Assembly (NCBI GenBank): GCA_001803315.1
Contig: MHBQ01000059.1
Coordinates: forward strand, 17,188-81,187
Direction: 5' to 3'
Source: Lentisphaerae bacterium RIFOXYC12_FULL_60_16
GTDB lineage: Bacteria > Verrucomicrobiota > Kiritimatiellia > UBA8416 > YA12-FULL-60-10
Length of the DNA: 64,000 bases
The position numbers were made by a program, and so were the translations under genes. Shown here piece by piece: positions 22,854 to 33,200 of this stretch (within the stretch, counting starts at the first letter, position 1; each line of letters begins with the position of its first letter). Below the pieces are notes generated by a model. The model searched no databases, was not told where the DNA came from, and saw only the letters and a program-made list of their open reading frames with translations.

Positions 22854-25031
22854 TCATATCAGCGCCTCCATGTCAAGGGCGGGATGCTGCTTCCTGCCCA
22901 GAAACTCCAGCAGTTCCTCGGCGGTCGTGGCGTCCGATTCGTCGGCAATCCGGTCCAGCAGATCGGGAACCCCCTCTTCCCGCGCGCGGACGGCGAACCG
23001 GTCGCCGTAAAAGGTCTTCAGTTGCTTCGGCATCCACACCAGGCGCTTCAGTCCGCCGTCGGCGGAAATGAACTTGCGGCTGAGCGCGTACAACCGGCCG
23101 ACCCCCAGGAAACCCGGGGTTTGATTCCCGCCGCCGACCGACCCGGCCAGCGTCGAGAATTTCATGCCGCAGGGCGTCATGCCCGGAAACTCGCGGTTGA
23201 CGATCATGAACCCGTTGCACTCGGGCACCAGCGCCAGAATGCACTCGAAACAACCGCAGGACGTCATCGGGTCTTCCATGAGCGAGTACAGGCTGACCTT
23301 CTCGATGGAGCGGTTGGAACTCTGGTAGACGAAGTCGTTGACCTCCCGCCATTGGCCTTTGACGGGATCGAGCGTCTGGGTCTTCTTAATGGGCTGATTG
23401 CCGCCCGTAGGATCGATTTCGTAGCCCACCTTGCCATCCAGCCAGCTTACGGCGCCGCAGAGGCCCAGGCGCTCGGGACTGATGATGCAGATGTGGTTCG
23501 GCGCGAAGGACTGGCAAAGCGAGCACGAATAGAATGTGTCCACGCTTTCGTCGGTCATGCCGAGCAGGCGTTCGTCGCGCTGCGCATACGTTTTGCGGGC
23601 ATCCGCCAGCGCGGCCTCGACCCGTTGCGGATCGGTGATGATCGTCACCTGCACCTTGTCCACGATCTTGCTGTACAGGTTGTGAATCTGGGCATGCACG
23701 ATCGTGCCGAGATGCCTCAGCCGGAACCCGGCGGCATAGGCGTCCTTGCTGATGCGCAGCCAGACGATGTCACGCTGGCCCATGTGGAACACGCCCATCG
23801 CGTAATTCATGAAGTCGTGGATCTTGCGTTCGATGAGCGGCTCGAAATCGGTGTGCATGGCCCGTCCGGCGATCTCCACCCACACGGCCAGCGGCAAGGC
23901 CCCGCCCTCCGGCACGGTATCGACGTCCGGGCCGATCAGGTCGATCTTGCCGTCCTCCACTTCGTCCATTTCCCGCATGCGGACGAACTCGAAGGCGGTG
24001 GAGTACTTGCCGCCGAATTCCACGCGCGTGTCTTCGCGCCGCACCCGTTCGCCCTCGAACGCGGCCGAGAAGGAAACCGGGATGTCGATTTTAGCCACGG
24101 AAACCTTGACGCCGCGGACCTCGATACAGCGGGGCACGAGGTTCTCGTGGTTCAGTTCATGCACCACGTGTTCGTAGGTGCAGATCCCGGTGGGCAGAAT
24201 CTGTGGAATGTCCGTGTCCGCGATGACGGGGAAGCCCATGTCGATCGCGCCGGCGCCGGTCGCGTACTTCTGATCGTCGACGGTTCCCAGCGCCAGCCCG
24301 AACGCGAACACCCGGTTCTTGCAGTATTCCAGGCAAGCGCGCGGGTTGCCGGGCTTGATGCCGCCGAAGGTGAGCGCGCCGCGGATGGCCCAGTTCAACG
24401 GGTAGATGCCGCTGAGGGTGTCACGCCCGTAGGGCACGATGTAGGAATCCCAGCCCATCTGCACCTTTTCCTGGAGCAACTGGTCAATGATGCTCACGCC
24501 GCCGGTCGAGGATCCGACGAACACCATGATGCTGCGCTTCTGGAATTCACGGACGATTCGTACGGCCGTCTTGCTGTCCGGCGCGGCCCCGAGGATCGCG
24601 GCAAATCCCGGCATGCGCCCATCCACCAACTGGATGCCCAGCGTGCGCAGGATCGTATCCGAAAAGAACCCGTTGCAGTCCGCCTGCGGTTCCTGTTCGT
24701 AGAGGTACCGCAAGACCATGATCACCTCCTCGGAAAGCAGGGTGGCGATGCCGGCGTCGAGAGCCGTGCCGAGATAGGGGAACCACAAGGCGTCGCTGGG
24801 GGCGGGCCCCAGCAAATCCCGGGCATGGTCGAGAACGGGTTTCATCTGGCCGAGCGTCTCGATCTTGATCCCCATCAAGGCGTGCGCCATCGGCAGATAG
24901 TAGGCCGTATCCGGAAATCCGACGGCTGCCGCTTCGCCCTTCTCTTGCAGGGCCTTCTCGTAGAATGTCGCGGCCTGACCATATATTTCGTGCCCGCCTC
25001 GAATGGCGGCGGCGGCTATGATTTTTGACAT
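22854..25031 (-). CDS. acsB: Acetyl-CoA synthase
   Basis: FPDTAYYLP, CSLCQSFAPNHIC..PERLGLC, PMTSCGCFE A-cluster ligands; start at MSKIIAAA. Confidence 0.97.
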   Translation of the reverse strand: MSKIIAAAAIRGGHEIYGQAATFYEKALQEKGEAAAVGFPDTAYYLPMAHALMGIKIETLGQMKPVLDHARDLLGPAPSDALWFPYLGTALDAGIATLLSEEVIMVLRYLYEQEPQADCNGFFSDTILRTLGIQLVDGRMPGFAAILGAAPDSKTAVRIVREFQKRSIMVFVGSSTGGVSIIDQLLQEKVQMGWDSYIVPYGRDTLSGIYPLNWAIRGALTFGGIKPGNPRACLEYCKNRVFAFGLALGTVDDQKYATGAGAIDMGFPVIADTDIPQILPTGICTYEHVVHELNHENLVPRCIEVRGVKVSVAKIDIPVSFSAAFEGERVRREDTRVEFGGKYSTAFEFVRMREMDEVEDGKIDLIGPDVDTVPEGGALPLAVWVEIAGRAMHTDFEPLIERKIHDFMNYAMGVFHMGQRDIVWLRISKDAYAAGFRLRHLGTIVHAQIHNLYSKIVDKVQVTIITDPQRVEAALADARKTYAQRDERLLGMTDESVDTFYSCSLCQSFAPNHICIISPERLGLCGAVSWLDGKVGYEIDPTGGNQPIKKTQTLDPVKGQWREVNDFVYQSSNRSIEKVSLYSLMEDPMTSCGCFECILALVPECNGFMIVNREFPGMTPCGMKFSTLAGSVGGGNQTPGFLGVGRLYALSRKFISADGGLKRLVWMPKQLKTFYGDRFAVRAREEGVPDLLDRIADESDATTAEELLEFLGRKQHPALDMEALI

Positions 25032-25843
25032 GACCCGGTTCCTCTCGTTTCGCATGCTGCGTTCGTCAACACACCCGTCTTCGCGCGCCGACCGGTCAAC
25101 GCCCGCCGGCAGTCGGGGCAAGTTTCCAACGTTTCCACCGGGACCGCCGTTCGGCCCCTGAGCCCGGCCAGTTGTTTCGCGGCCGCGAACGGCGCGCCGC
25201 ACGCCCGGCAGCGCGTCAAGGCAAGCGGGGTGCGCAATTCACGCATGAGCCGCACGCCGCCCGCGTCCTCGGCATGGAGCGCCCCGGTCGGACACACGTG
25301 CACGCAGGCCCGGCAGCCGATGCACCGTTCCGAAGCGACGCCCAGCGGACTGGCAATCGCGCGCCGGCCGCCGCGGTTGGCGTACCCGATGGCCGATTGG
25401 CCGATCGCCTCCTTGCAGACGCGCACGCACAAGCCGCACAGGATGCAGCGTTCGTTCCGCGCCTCACCCTCCGGCAACGCCTGGCGGGGATGCCAGGCGC
25501 CGTATTCCTTCGCCAACGCCGCGAGCTGCGCGACGCCCGGACAGCGGGCCAGCAGCAACTCCAGGATGATCCGGCGCGTCTGCCGCACGCGCGGGCTGTC
25601 GGTTTCGACCACGTCGCCCTCCGAGGGCTGGTAGACGCACGACACGACCAGCTTCGATCGCTTGCCCCACGCGACCTCCACCACGCACAGGCGGCACGCG
25701 CCGTAAGGCAGAATGGCCTTATGGTCGCAAAGGGTCGGAATCGCGACGCCGCAACGCCGGGCGACGCCCAGCAGGGTTTCCTCCGGCGCGGCCTCCGCGG
25801 CGCGGCCGTTGATCGTCAGCGATTTTTGTTTGGCTTCGTTCAT
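25016..25843 (-). CDS. HydA/NuoG N-terminal-like Fe-S protein (2Fe-2S + 2x4Fe-4S + C-terminal CxxC..CxxC), no catalytic domain
   Basis: IPTLC...GACRLC...SC, CILCGLCVRVC, CIGCRACVHVCP, CRAC...CPDC; start at MNEAKQK. Confidence 0.85.
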   Translation of the reverse strand: MNEAKQKSLTINGRAAEAAPEETLLGVARRCGVAIPTLCDHKAILPYGACRLCVVEVAWGKRSKLVVSCVYQPSEGDVVETDSPRVRQTRRIILELLLARCPGVAQLAALAKEYGAWHPRQALPEGEARNERCILCGLCVRVCKEAIGQSAIGYANRGGRRAIASPLGVASERCIGCRACVHVCPTGALHAEDAGGVRLMRELRTPLALTRCRACGAPFAAAKQLAGLRGRTAVPVETLETCPDCRRALTGRRAKTGVLTNAACETRGTGSCQKS

Positions 25844-25854
25844 CGGTGCGTTTC

Positions 25855-28188
25855 CTACGTCACTTCCACGGCGTTGAACTTGCATGCGTCCAGGCACGCG
25901 CCGCACTTGATGCAACCCGACGGGTCGATCACGTGCCGTTTCTTCCGCTCGCCGGAAATCACGTGCACGGGGCATTTCCGGGCGCAGGCGGCGCAACCGG
26001 TGCATGCCTCGGGCAGTATCCGGAAGGTGATCAGCGCCTTGCAAACCTTGGCCGGGCACCGGTGTTCCTCCACGTGCGCGCGATACTCCTCGGAAAAATG
26101 CCGGAGGGTGCTTAAGACCGGGTTGGGAGCCGAGCCGCCGAGGGCGCACAGCGAGCCGTCCACCGTGGTTTGGGCCAGTTCCCGCAACCGATCGATGGCG
26201 CCCGGCCCGGCGCGCCCCGCGCAGATATCGTTGAGGATGTCGAGCATGCGGCGGATGCCCTCGCGGCAGGGCACACACTTCCCGCAGGATTCCTCCTGCA
26301 GGAACGCCAGGAAATAACGGGCCACGTCCACCATGCAGGAGGTCTCGTCCATCACGATCAGCCCCCCCGACCCCATCATTGAGCCCGCCTGCGCGAGTTC
26401 GTCGAAGCCGATGGGCAGATCGAGCAGGGACTCCGGCAGACAGCCGCCGGACGGCCCGCCCGTCTGCACGGCCTTGAATGCCCTGCCGTCCGGTATGCCG
26501 CCGCCGATCGCGAAGATCAGTTCGCGCAACGGCATGCCCATCGGCACTTCCACCAGACCCGTGTTCACCACCTTGCCGACCAGCGAGAAAATCTTCGTCC
26601 CCTTCGAGGTGGCGGAACCGATGGACGCATACCAGTCGGCCCCGCGGGCGACGATCAAGGGGACGTTGGCCCACGTTTCGACGTTGTTCAGCGTGGTGGG
26701 CCGGTTCCACAGGCCGTTTTCGACGGTGTGGATGTATTTCGCGCGCGGCTCGCCGGGTTTTCCCTCCAGGGACGCCATCAGCGCGGTGGACTCGCCGCAC
26801 ACGAACGCCCCGCCGCCCCGCACCACCCGGATGTCGAAATCGAAACCCGAGCCGAGGATGTCACGGCCCAGGAATCCACGCTCCCGGGCCTGCTCCACGG
26901 CCACCTTGATATGTTTGACCGCCAGGGGATACTCGTCGCGGACATACACATAGCCCTCGCTGGCGCCGATGGCAAACGCCCCGATCGCCATGCCTTCGAT
27001 CACCCGGTGCGGATTGCCTTCCAGCAGGGCACGGTCCATGAATGCGCCCGGGTCGCCCTCGTCGGCATTGCAGACGACGTACTTGGGATGACCATGCGCC
27101 CGGCGGCAGGTGGCCCACTTGCGGCCGGTGGGGAACCCGCCGCCCCCGCGACCGCGCAGGCCCGATTGTTCAATCATCCCGATGATCTGGTCGGGCGGCA
27201 ACCTGAAAGCCTTGGCCAGCGCCTGGTACCCGCCGCATCGTTCCACGTAGTGGGCCAGGTTCGTGGGCGAAATGAAACCGTTGTCGCCCAGCAGGACCCG
27301 TTGCTGCTTCGCATAGAACGGGATATCCATCTCCTTGACGATCGCCTGGTTAGAGGCTGCGTCCCGGTACAGGAATGGCTCGACGATCCTTCCGCCGACG
27401 ACCGTTTCGCGCACGATGGCCGGAACAGCATCGACGGTGACTTTCTGGTAGAATATGTTCTCCGGGCGCACCATGACGAGGGGGCCGCGCTCGCAAAATC
27501 CGGGGCAACCGCACTGGACAAAATCAACCTTCGAACGAATGTTCAACCGGTCCAGTTCGTTCAGCACCGCCGTGGCCACGGCCTCGCAGCCGTATGCCTG
27601 GCAGCCCGTACCGCCACAAACCGCGATTCCGACTTCGGTCGTCATCAACCGCGTCACGTCGAGGGGCATATCCTCCGCCGCCGCTTTCGTGCCCGGCCCG
27701 TCAACCGGAACCGGCTCGCGGTCCACGTTATCCAGCAGGATTTTCACGGCGGCCGGCGATGTCTGGTGATAGCGGCCATCGACGACCACCACGGGACCCA
27801 GCGCGCAGCACCCAAGACAGTTCACGGTTTCGAGCGTGAAACGCCCGTCCGCGGTGGTCCCGCCCGGCTCCACATCCAGCAACCGGACGAGTTCGCCGAG
27901 AACCCGGGGCGCACCACGCACGTGACAGGCTGTGCCGGCACAGACTTTGACGATATGCCGGCCCCGCGGCTTGAGGCTGAACGCGGTGTAAAACGTGGCG
28001 ACGTGGTAAACCTCCGCGAGCGGCACATCGAGCCGCTCCGATGCCATCCGCAGCGAATCCCCGGGAAGATAACCGAGTTCCGCGTTCACGTCCTGGAGCA
28101 CACCGATCAGCGAGGAGCGCGCGGGCTCGTGCCGGCTCAACGCCTTGTCCAGGGCGGCTTCGATCTGGATGGTGGTGGGAAGACTCAT
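25855..28188 (-). CDS. Fused HydC/NuoE-HydB/NuoF flavin-Fe-S protein
   Basis: CAGTAC...CLGCC (NuoE); CGGTGC...GCPGFC; GRGGGGFPTG, NADEGDPGAFMDR, GGPSGG, ESCGKC..C; C-terminal 2x4Fe-4S. Confidence 0.92.
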   Translation of the reverse strand: MSLPTTIQIEAALDKALSRHEPARSSLIGVLQDVNAELGYLPGDSLRMASERLDVPLAEVYHVATFYTAFSLKPRGRHIVKVCAGTACHVRGAPRVLGELVRLLDVEPGGTTADGRFTLETVNCLGCCALGPVVVVDGRYHQTSPAAVKILLDNVDREPVPVDGPGTKAAAEDMPLDVTRLMTTEVGIAVCGGTGCQAYGCEAVATAVLNELDRLNIRSKVDFVQCGCPGFCERGPLVMVRPENIFYQKVTVDAVPAIVRETVVGGRIVEPFLYRDAASNQAIVKEMDIPFYAKQQRVLLGDNGFISPTNLAHYVERCGGYQALAKAFRLPPDQIIGMIEQSGLRGRGGGGFPTGRKWATCRRAHGHPKYVVCNADEGDPGAFMDRALLEGNPHRVIEGMAIGAFAIGASEGYVYVRDEYPLAVKHIKVAVEQARERGFLGRDILGSGFDFDIRVVRGGGAFVCGESTALMASLEGKPGEPRAKYIHTVENGLWNRPTTLNNVETWANVPLIVARGADWYASIGSATSKGTKIFSLVGKVVNTGLVEVPMGMPLRELIFAIGGGIPDGRAFKAVQTGGPSGGCLPESLLDLPIGFDELAQAGSMMGSGGLIVMDETSCMVDVARYFLAFLQEESCGKCVPCREGIRRMLDILNDICAGRAGPGAIDRLRELAQTTVDGSLCALGGSAPNPVLSTLRHFSEEYRAHVEEHRCPAKVCKALITFRILPEACTGCAACARKCPVHVISGERKKRHVIDPSGCIKCGACLDACKFNAVEVT

Positions 28189-28191
28189 GGA

Positions 28192-28707
28192 TCAGGTTCC
28201 GTCCGTGGCTCGCTCGATTTGCAGCAGATAGGCGCCTCGTTTTTCGCGCGCGACCTGGTCCAGGCTCTTGAACTCCAGGGCCCTGACGGGACACGCCTCC
28301 ACGCAAGCCGGCAGTTCACCGCGCTCGACCCGCTCGTAACACTGGTCGCACTTGATGATCGCCCGCGCATGCCGGTCCATCCGGATGACCCCGAACGGGC
28401 AGGCCAGCACGCAGGCATGGCAGCCGACGCATTGATCATGATCAATCAGCACGGGGAGTTCCGGATCGGTCCGGTGCAGCGCTTGCGTGGGACACACCGC
28501 CACGCACGGCGCATCCTCACATTGCCGGCATTGAAGCGGCACGGCGAACCCGTCGCCTTGCTCGACCGAGACGCGCGACGCCGGGGGCGGTGTCTCGTGA
28601 ATCGCCGATTCGAGTCGTTGGGACTTCGCGTGCTCCACGGCGCAAGCCAGTTCACACGTCTTGCAGCCCTGGCAGCGGTCCACCTTGACGACTATGGCGC
28701 CTTTCAT
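28192..28707 (-). CDS. cooF: CooF-like 4x[4Fe-4S] electron transfer protein
   Basis: Four Cys cluster motifs (CQGCKTCELAC, CRQCEDAPC..VCP, CVGCHAC..ACP, KCDQC...PAC..ACP); directly after cooS. Confidence 0.88.
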   Translation of the reverse strand: MKGAIVVKVDRCQGCKTCELACAVEHAKSQRLESAIHETPPPASRVSVEQGDGFAVPLQCRQCEDAPCVAVCPTQALHRTDPELPVLIDHDQCVGCHACVLACPFGVIRMDRHARAIIKCDQCYERVERGELPACVEACPVRALEFKSLDQVAREKRGAYLLQIERATDGT

Positions 28708-28762
28708 GATGGTTAAGCTCCCTCGCGTTCGTTCGACTGGCGGATGGTCGGGTGTTGGCCGT

Positions 28763-30802
28763 TCATGATCGTTTCCCCGCGCATCCCCGCGCCGGTTGCG
28801 CCGGGCCCGGATCGGGCCGTTCCGCGCGCGCGGCCGTTTCCGGGGCCGCCGTCGGGGCATCCTTCCCGTCTGTCAGAAACGACGCGGCGTACATCAATGG
28901 CCGCAACTTCAGGGCGGCCCGCTTTTTGTCCATGTGCGCCATCATCAGGTGGGCCGCCTTGATGGGATCGTCCTCGAAGTTGAACTTGCCCCCGACGATG
29001 GCCTCGATATCCTCCGTCAGAAACCGGGTCAGCACCGGGCTGCCGAGCACCCGCATGGCCGGGCTGTAGTTCACGTAGGCGCCGGAGGCGACGCAGTAGA
29101 ACCCGATCGCGATGGCCTTTTCGCACATGGCCTCGGGCGCCGCGCCCGCGATGGGCAGGTCGGAAAGTTTGTCCCCCAGGCCGCCCTCCTTGATCATCTC
29201 GCACAAGGCGACGAGGATGCGGCTGTTGTCCACGCACGAGCCCAGGTGCAGCACCGGCGGGATGCCGACCGCCTCGCAGATTTCACGCAGGCCGGCGCCC
29301 GCCCATTTTTCAGCCGCTTCGGGCTGAAGCAACCCGGCCTTGGCGCAGGCGGTGGCGGCGCAACCGGTCATGACGACGAGCACGTCGTTGGCCAGGAGTT
29401 CCTTGACCATTTTCAAGTGGCTGTCGTCCTGCGTCTTTTTCACCGTGTTGCAGCCGATGACGGCCGCCACGCCGCGCAGGCGTCCCGAAATGATGCCGTC
29501 ATTGAGCGGCCGGAATGTCGAGCGGTATCGCCCGCCAAGGTGCTGGAACGTGTTCTGCACCGTGAAACCGGCCACCAAATCCGTCTTTCCAGCCGGAATG
29601 TCGACCACGCGGCGATTGGGAAAATTCTCGATCGCCGTCCGCACGATCCGACGGGCGATGTCATAGGCCTGCGCCTCGTCGAACGGGATGTGTTCAGCGC
29701 CCGGAATGCGGGCCTTCTTGCTGGTGGTGATGACCTTGGTGTGGAACTTCTCCGCGTGCTCGACCAGGGCCGGCATGATGCACTGTACGTCCACGAGCAT
29801 CACATCCACCGCGCCCGTGGCCAGCGCCAGCTCCTGGTGCAGGAAATTCCCGACCACCGGCGCGCCCTGGCGCATGAGGATTTCGTTGGCGGTGCAGCAG
29901 ATGCCGCCGACCAGAATCCCCTTGGCGCCCTTGGACGCGGCGAGGTCCAGCAGTTCCTTGTCCCGGCTGGCGGCCACGACCATCTCGGACAGCGTCGGTT
30001 CGTGACCATGGACCACGATGTTGACTTCGTCGGCCTTCAGGACGCCGAGATTCACCTGGCTGCGTACCGGCTTGGGCGAGCCGAAGAGAATGTCGCCGAA
30101 ATCGGTCGCCAGCATCGCCCCGGCCCACCCATCGCCCATGGATGTCCGCAGGCCGTGCATGATGAGGTTCACATAATCGGCATCCACGCCCTCGTGCGTG
30201 CGGTGCAGGGTTTCCACGATCTCGTGTTCGACGCCGACGGGCAGGATGCCCCGCTCGCGCCAGTTCTTGACCGTGGCTTCGGGGGCGCGCAGGGCGGGGT
30301 AACGGATCTCGCCCTCCTGGTTGTTGAATTCCCGGAGCGCCGCATCGGCCATCTCGATCGCCACGTCCGCAATTTCCCGGCCCTCCGTTTTGACGCCCCA
30401 TTCCTTCGCCAGATCCAGGAGGCGCTGGGGGTCCTTAATCGAGTATCCCTGCGCTTTGCCCTGGGCCGCGAGCCGCAGGGTTTTGACCACGTCGTGGCCG
30501 TGGTCCGAGTGGGCGGCGACGCCGGCGGCCACCTGGCGGATCAGGTGCCGCGCGGCGATCGTCTCCGCCGTGGCGCCGCAAACGCCGCGCCGCGGACCTT
30601 CGCCCGGAAACGGATTGATCCGGCAAGGCCCCATGTCGCAGATCCGGCAGCACAGGCCCAGATTGCCGAAACCGCATCGCGGTTCCTGATCGGCATGGCG
30701 GCTGTAGGCGGTCTCCATGCCGGCATCCTGGGCCTTCTTCAGGACTTCCCGCGCAACCGGATCGGCGCTCTGTTTTTCCATCGACTCACTCGTTGTCGTC
30801 AT
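28763..30802 (-). CDS. cooS: Anaerobic Ni,Fe carbon monoxide dehydrogenase catalytic subunit
   Basis: CGFG..G.CCRIC.MGPC, AHSDH, HGHEP, CCTANE, DVQC, GC, GSCVDN, EKA. Confidence 0.97.
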   Translation of the reverse strand: MTTTSESMEKQSADPVAREVLKKAQDAGMETAYSRHADQEPRCGFGNLGLCCRICDMGPCRINPFPGEGPRRGVCGATAETIAARHLIRQVAAGVAAHSDHGHDVVKTLRLAAQGKAQGYSIKDPQRLLDLAKEWGVKTEGREIADVAIEMADAALREFNNQEGEIRYPALRAPEATVKNWRERGILPVGVEHEIVETLHRTHEGVDADYVNLIMHGLRTSMGDGWAGAMLATDFGDILFGSPKPVRSQVNLGVLKADEVNIVVHGHEPTLSEMVVAASRDKELLDLAASKGAKGILVGGICCTANEILMRQGAPVVGNFLHQELALATGAVDVMLVDVQCIMPALVEHAEKFHTKVITTSKKARIPGAEHIPFDEAQAYDIARRIVRTAIENFPNRRVVDIPAGKTDLVAGFTVQNTFQHLGGRYRSTFRPLNDGIISGRLRGVAAVIGCNTVKKTQDDSHLKMVKELLANDVLVVMTGCAATACAKAGLLQPEAAEKWAGAGLREICEAVGIPPVLHLGSCVDNSRILVALCEMIKEGGLGDKLSDLPIAGAAPEAMCEKAIAIGFYCVASGAYVNYSPAMRVLGSPVLTRFLTEDIEAIVGGKFNFEDDPIKAAHLMMAHMDKKRAALKLRPLMYAASFLTDGKDAPTAAPETAARAERPDPGPAQPARGCAGKRS

Positions 30803-30804
30803 GG

Positions 30805-31623
30805 TCACTCTCGCTTCCCTCGTATGTCGTCCGGTCCGTCGGAACCGCTTTTCCCCTTCGGGGTATTTTCCAGAACATCCACCAGGGTTTCGACCGCCCG
30901 TTCCATCTCCGTGCTGGAGCCCCACGCCGACCGGCCAGCGGCTTCCGCCGCGCGGATCCGATCGTCAAACGGGAGCAATCCCAAGAAATCCAGGCCGGGC
31001 AGCGCCTCCTTCAGGTAGTCCGCGTCCTGTCCGGAACGAACCTTGTTTCCCACCACGCCGATTTGCCGCAGCCCGATGTCGAACGCCATGGTTTGGATCC
31101 GCAACGCGGTTTCCACGCTGCGCCGGCCGGGTTCCACCACCATCAGCAGACGATCGACGCTGCCGAGCGTGCCCCGGCTCAGATGCTCGATGCCGGCCTC
31201 CATGTCGAGTACCAGGGCCGTCTCCGCATCCATGAACAGATGCGAGATGAGCGCCCGTAACAGGGTGTTTTCCGGGCAGTAGCAACCCGACCCGCCCTTC
31301 TTGACCGCCCCGACGACCAGGAGCTTGATGCCCCCCACATCCACGGCGTAACGCTCCGGGATATCGGCGACGAACGGATTGAGTCGAAACATGCCGCCGG
31401 TCGTGCCGGGACTGACCCCGGTTCGTTCCTCGATGAGTTCGCGCCATTCGATCAGGGGGCGCACGGTTTCGGGATGCGGATGACCCAGGCACGCGGCGAG
31501 GTTGGAATCGGGGTCCGCGTCAATGGCGATTACCTTCCGTCCGCGCGCGGCCAGTGTCCGCGCCAGCAACGCGCTCACGGTGGTCTTGCCGACACCGCCT
31601 TTTCCCGTCACGGCGAGTTTCAT
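30805..31623 (-). CDS. cooC: CooC nickel-insertion ATPase
   Basis: MKLAVTGKGGVGKT, DADPD.NL, GGSGCYCPE, DMEAGIEHL.RGT. Confidence 0.93.
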   Translation of the reverse strand: MKLAVTGKGGVGKTTVSALLARTLAARGRKVIAIDADPDSNLAACLGHPHPETVRPLIEWRELIEERTGVSPGTTGGMFRLNPFVADIPERYAVDVGGIKLLVVGAVKKGGSGCYCPENTLLRALISHLFMDAETALVLDMEAGIEHLSRGTLGSVDRLLMVVEPGRRSVETALRIQTMAFDIGLRQIGVVGNKVRSGQDADYLKEALPGLDFLGLLPFDDRIRAAEAAGRSAWGSSTEMERAVETLVDVLENTPKGKSGSDGPDDIRGKRE

Positions 31624-33200
31624 GCGGTGGGTCCTTTCGGTTCCGTCCCCAGGGCCGGAGTCGTCGCGCCGGCGCCATGGTCCCGCCCGAGATAATAGTT
31701 CGCCCACGCGGAGGTGTACTGCAGTTCCGTCTTGCGGGGAGGCGTATAGCGGCCCCTCAGTTCGTCCAACCGGCCGACGTGCTTCAGACGGTCGTACACG
31801 ATCGTCCAGACGCACCGGCGATCGTCGGGAAACACTTCGCACATCCCGTCGCGGCTTCCCCCGCACGGACCGTTGCGCTGTTGCTTGGCGCACTTTCCCT
31901 GGGGACAGCAGTAGGCCATGTCCGGCAGCGCGCAATCGCCGCAGTCCCGGCAGTCGAAGGTCAGGAACTTGAGAAGATACTCGGCGAAATGGGACGCCCG
32001 CGCCATGATCGAGCGTTCGCCGATTGCCCGGTAGTACCGCGTCATCAGCCGGCAACCGAGCCCGCGTCGATCGAACACCGCCCGGTGCATCCCCCGCGCG
32101 AAGGTGTACTTCAGCGAGCGTCTTCCCCTGCCGAACGAAGGAACGGGATCGGCATCCGGCGGCGCCGGACGATACGATGGCGGAGGCGGAAAGGCATAGA
32201 ATTCGCCGTCCCGGCTGAAGGATACTTCCGGAACAAATTCCTCCCAGTGCGGCGCGATCGCCGCGGCGCGTTCGACGATGAACCGGAAATCCTGCGTCTT
32301 GAGGGCAAACCCGCCGATATGCACCCCCTGGAACCCCATTCCCCGGAACATGGCCACCATCCTGGCGGCGCGTTCCAGGCGTTTCCCCTTGCCCTTGTCC
32401 GGATCCCGGGACTCGGCTTCGAGCACGCGCAGCAGATCGTCCGTGACCACGCATCCGGGCACCAGTCCCGCATGCATCGTCTTGGCCGCGCCCAGGCTCA
32501 ACACGTACACGTTGCCGATGATCGGGACGCGGAGTCCGCGGCTATCCACATAACGCTTCACTTCGAGAAACTTCCGCATATCGTAGCCAAGCTGGGTAAT
32601 CACGAAGTCCGCGCCGGCCGCAATCTTTTTTTCCAACTTGAAAAACTGCGGCATCAGTTCCTGCTCCGAGCGCTTGAAGGGTGAAACCGCGGCACCCACG
32701 AAACAATCGGTGGACGGAAGCCGGATGGTGGTTCCCTTCTTCGCCCCGGGCACCTCGAGGCCGGCATTCATGGCCTTCACGTACTTGATGGCCTGAACGG
32801 CATCGAGGTCGAATACGCCGGCCGCGTTTCCTTCGAATCCGCCGGAGGTGTAGTCGCCCGTGACGACCAGGAGATTGTTGACCCCCGCCCTGGACAGCGC
32901 CATCACCCGCGACTCCACGGCATTACGATTCAGATCCCGGCAGGAAAAGTGCACGATCGCTTCCAACCCGCAGGCCTGGATTGCCGGCGCAAGCGCATCG
33001 GGCATGATGGCGGGATTCCCGCCCGGGTTGTCGGTCAGGCTGACGGCGTGAATGCGCGGCCCCGACGTTCCCACCTCGCGGGCAAAGCCGAGCGCGGCAT
33101 CCACGCTCGCTCCCTCCTTGCCGCGGCCCGGAACGAATTCGCAGGTGATGACAAATTCGTCGTGTTTAAGCGCATCCCGAAACATGTTGTTTGTCTCCAC
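31620..33200 (-). CDS. metF: Methylene-THF reductase MetF fused to a C-terminal MetV-type Cys-rich domain
   Basis: TDNPGG, H.SCRD.NR, TGDY, KI.AGA.F.ITQ, then CRDCGDC...CP..C.K..RNGPCGG...CEV...CVW. Start may be 33185. Confidence 0.9.
   Translation of the reverse strand: METNNMFRDALKHDEFVITCEFVPGRGKEGASVDAALGFAREVGTSGPRIHAVSLTDNPGGNPAIMPDALAPAIQACGLEAIVHFSCRDLNRNAVESRVMALSRAGVNNLLVVTGDYTSGGFEGNAAGVFDLDAVQAIKYVKAMNAGLEVPGAKKGTTIRLPSTDCFVGAAVSPFKRSEQELMPQFFKLEKKIAAGADFVITQLGYDMRKFLEVKRYVDSRGLRVPIIGNVYVLSLGAAKTMHAGLVPGCVVTDDLLRVLEAESRDPDKGKGKRLERAARMVAMFRGMGFQGVHIGGFALKTQDFRFIVERAAAIAPHWEEFVPEVSFSRDGEFYAFPPPPSYRPAPPDADPVPSFGRGRRSLKYTFARGMHRAVFDRRGLGCRLMTRYYRAIGERSIMARASHFAEYLLKFLTFDCRDCGDCALPDMAYCCPQGKCAKQQRNGPCGGSRDGMCEVFPDDRRCVWTIVYDRLKHVGRLDELRGRYTPPRKTELQYTSAWANYYLGRDHGAGATTPALGTEPKGPTA

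Noticed and set aside
25016..28188. Respiratory complex I or [FeFe]-hydrogenase
   Set aside because: No membrane nuo genes nearby and no H-cluster motifs in the HydA-like protein.
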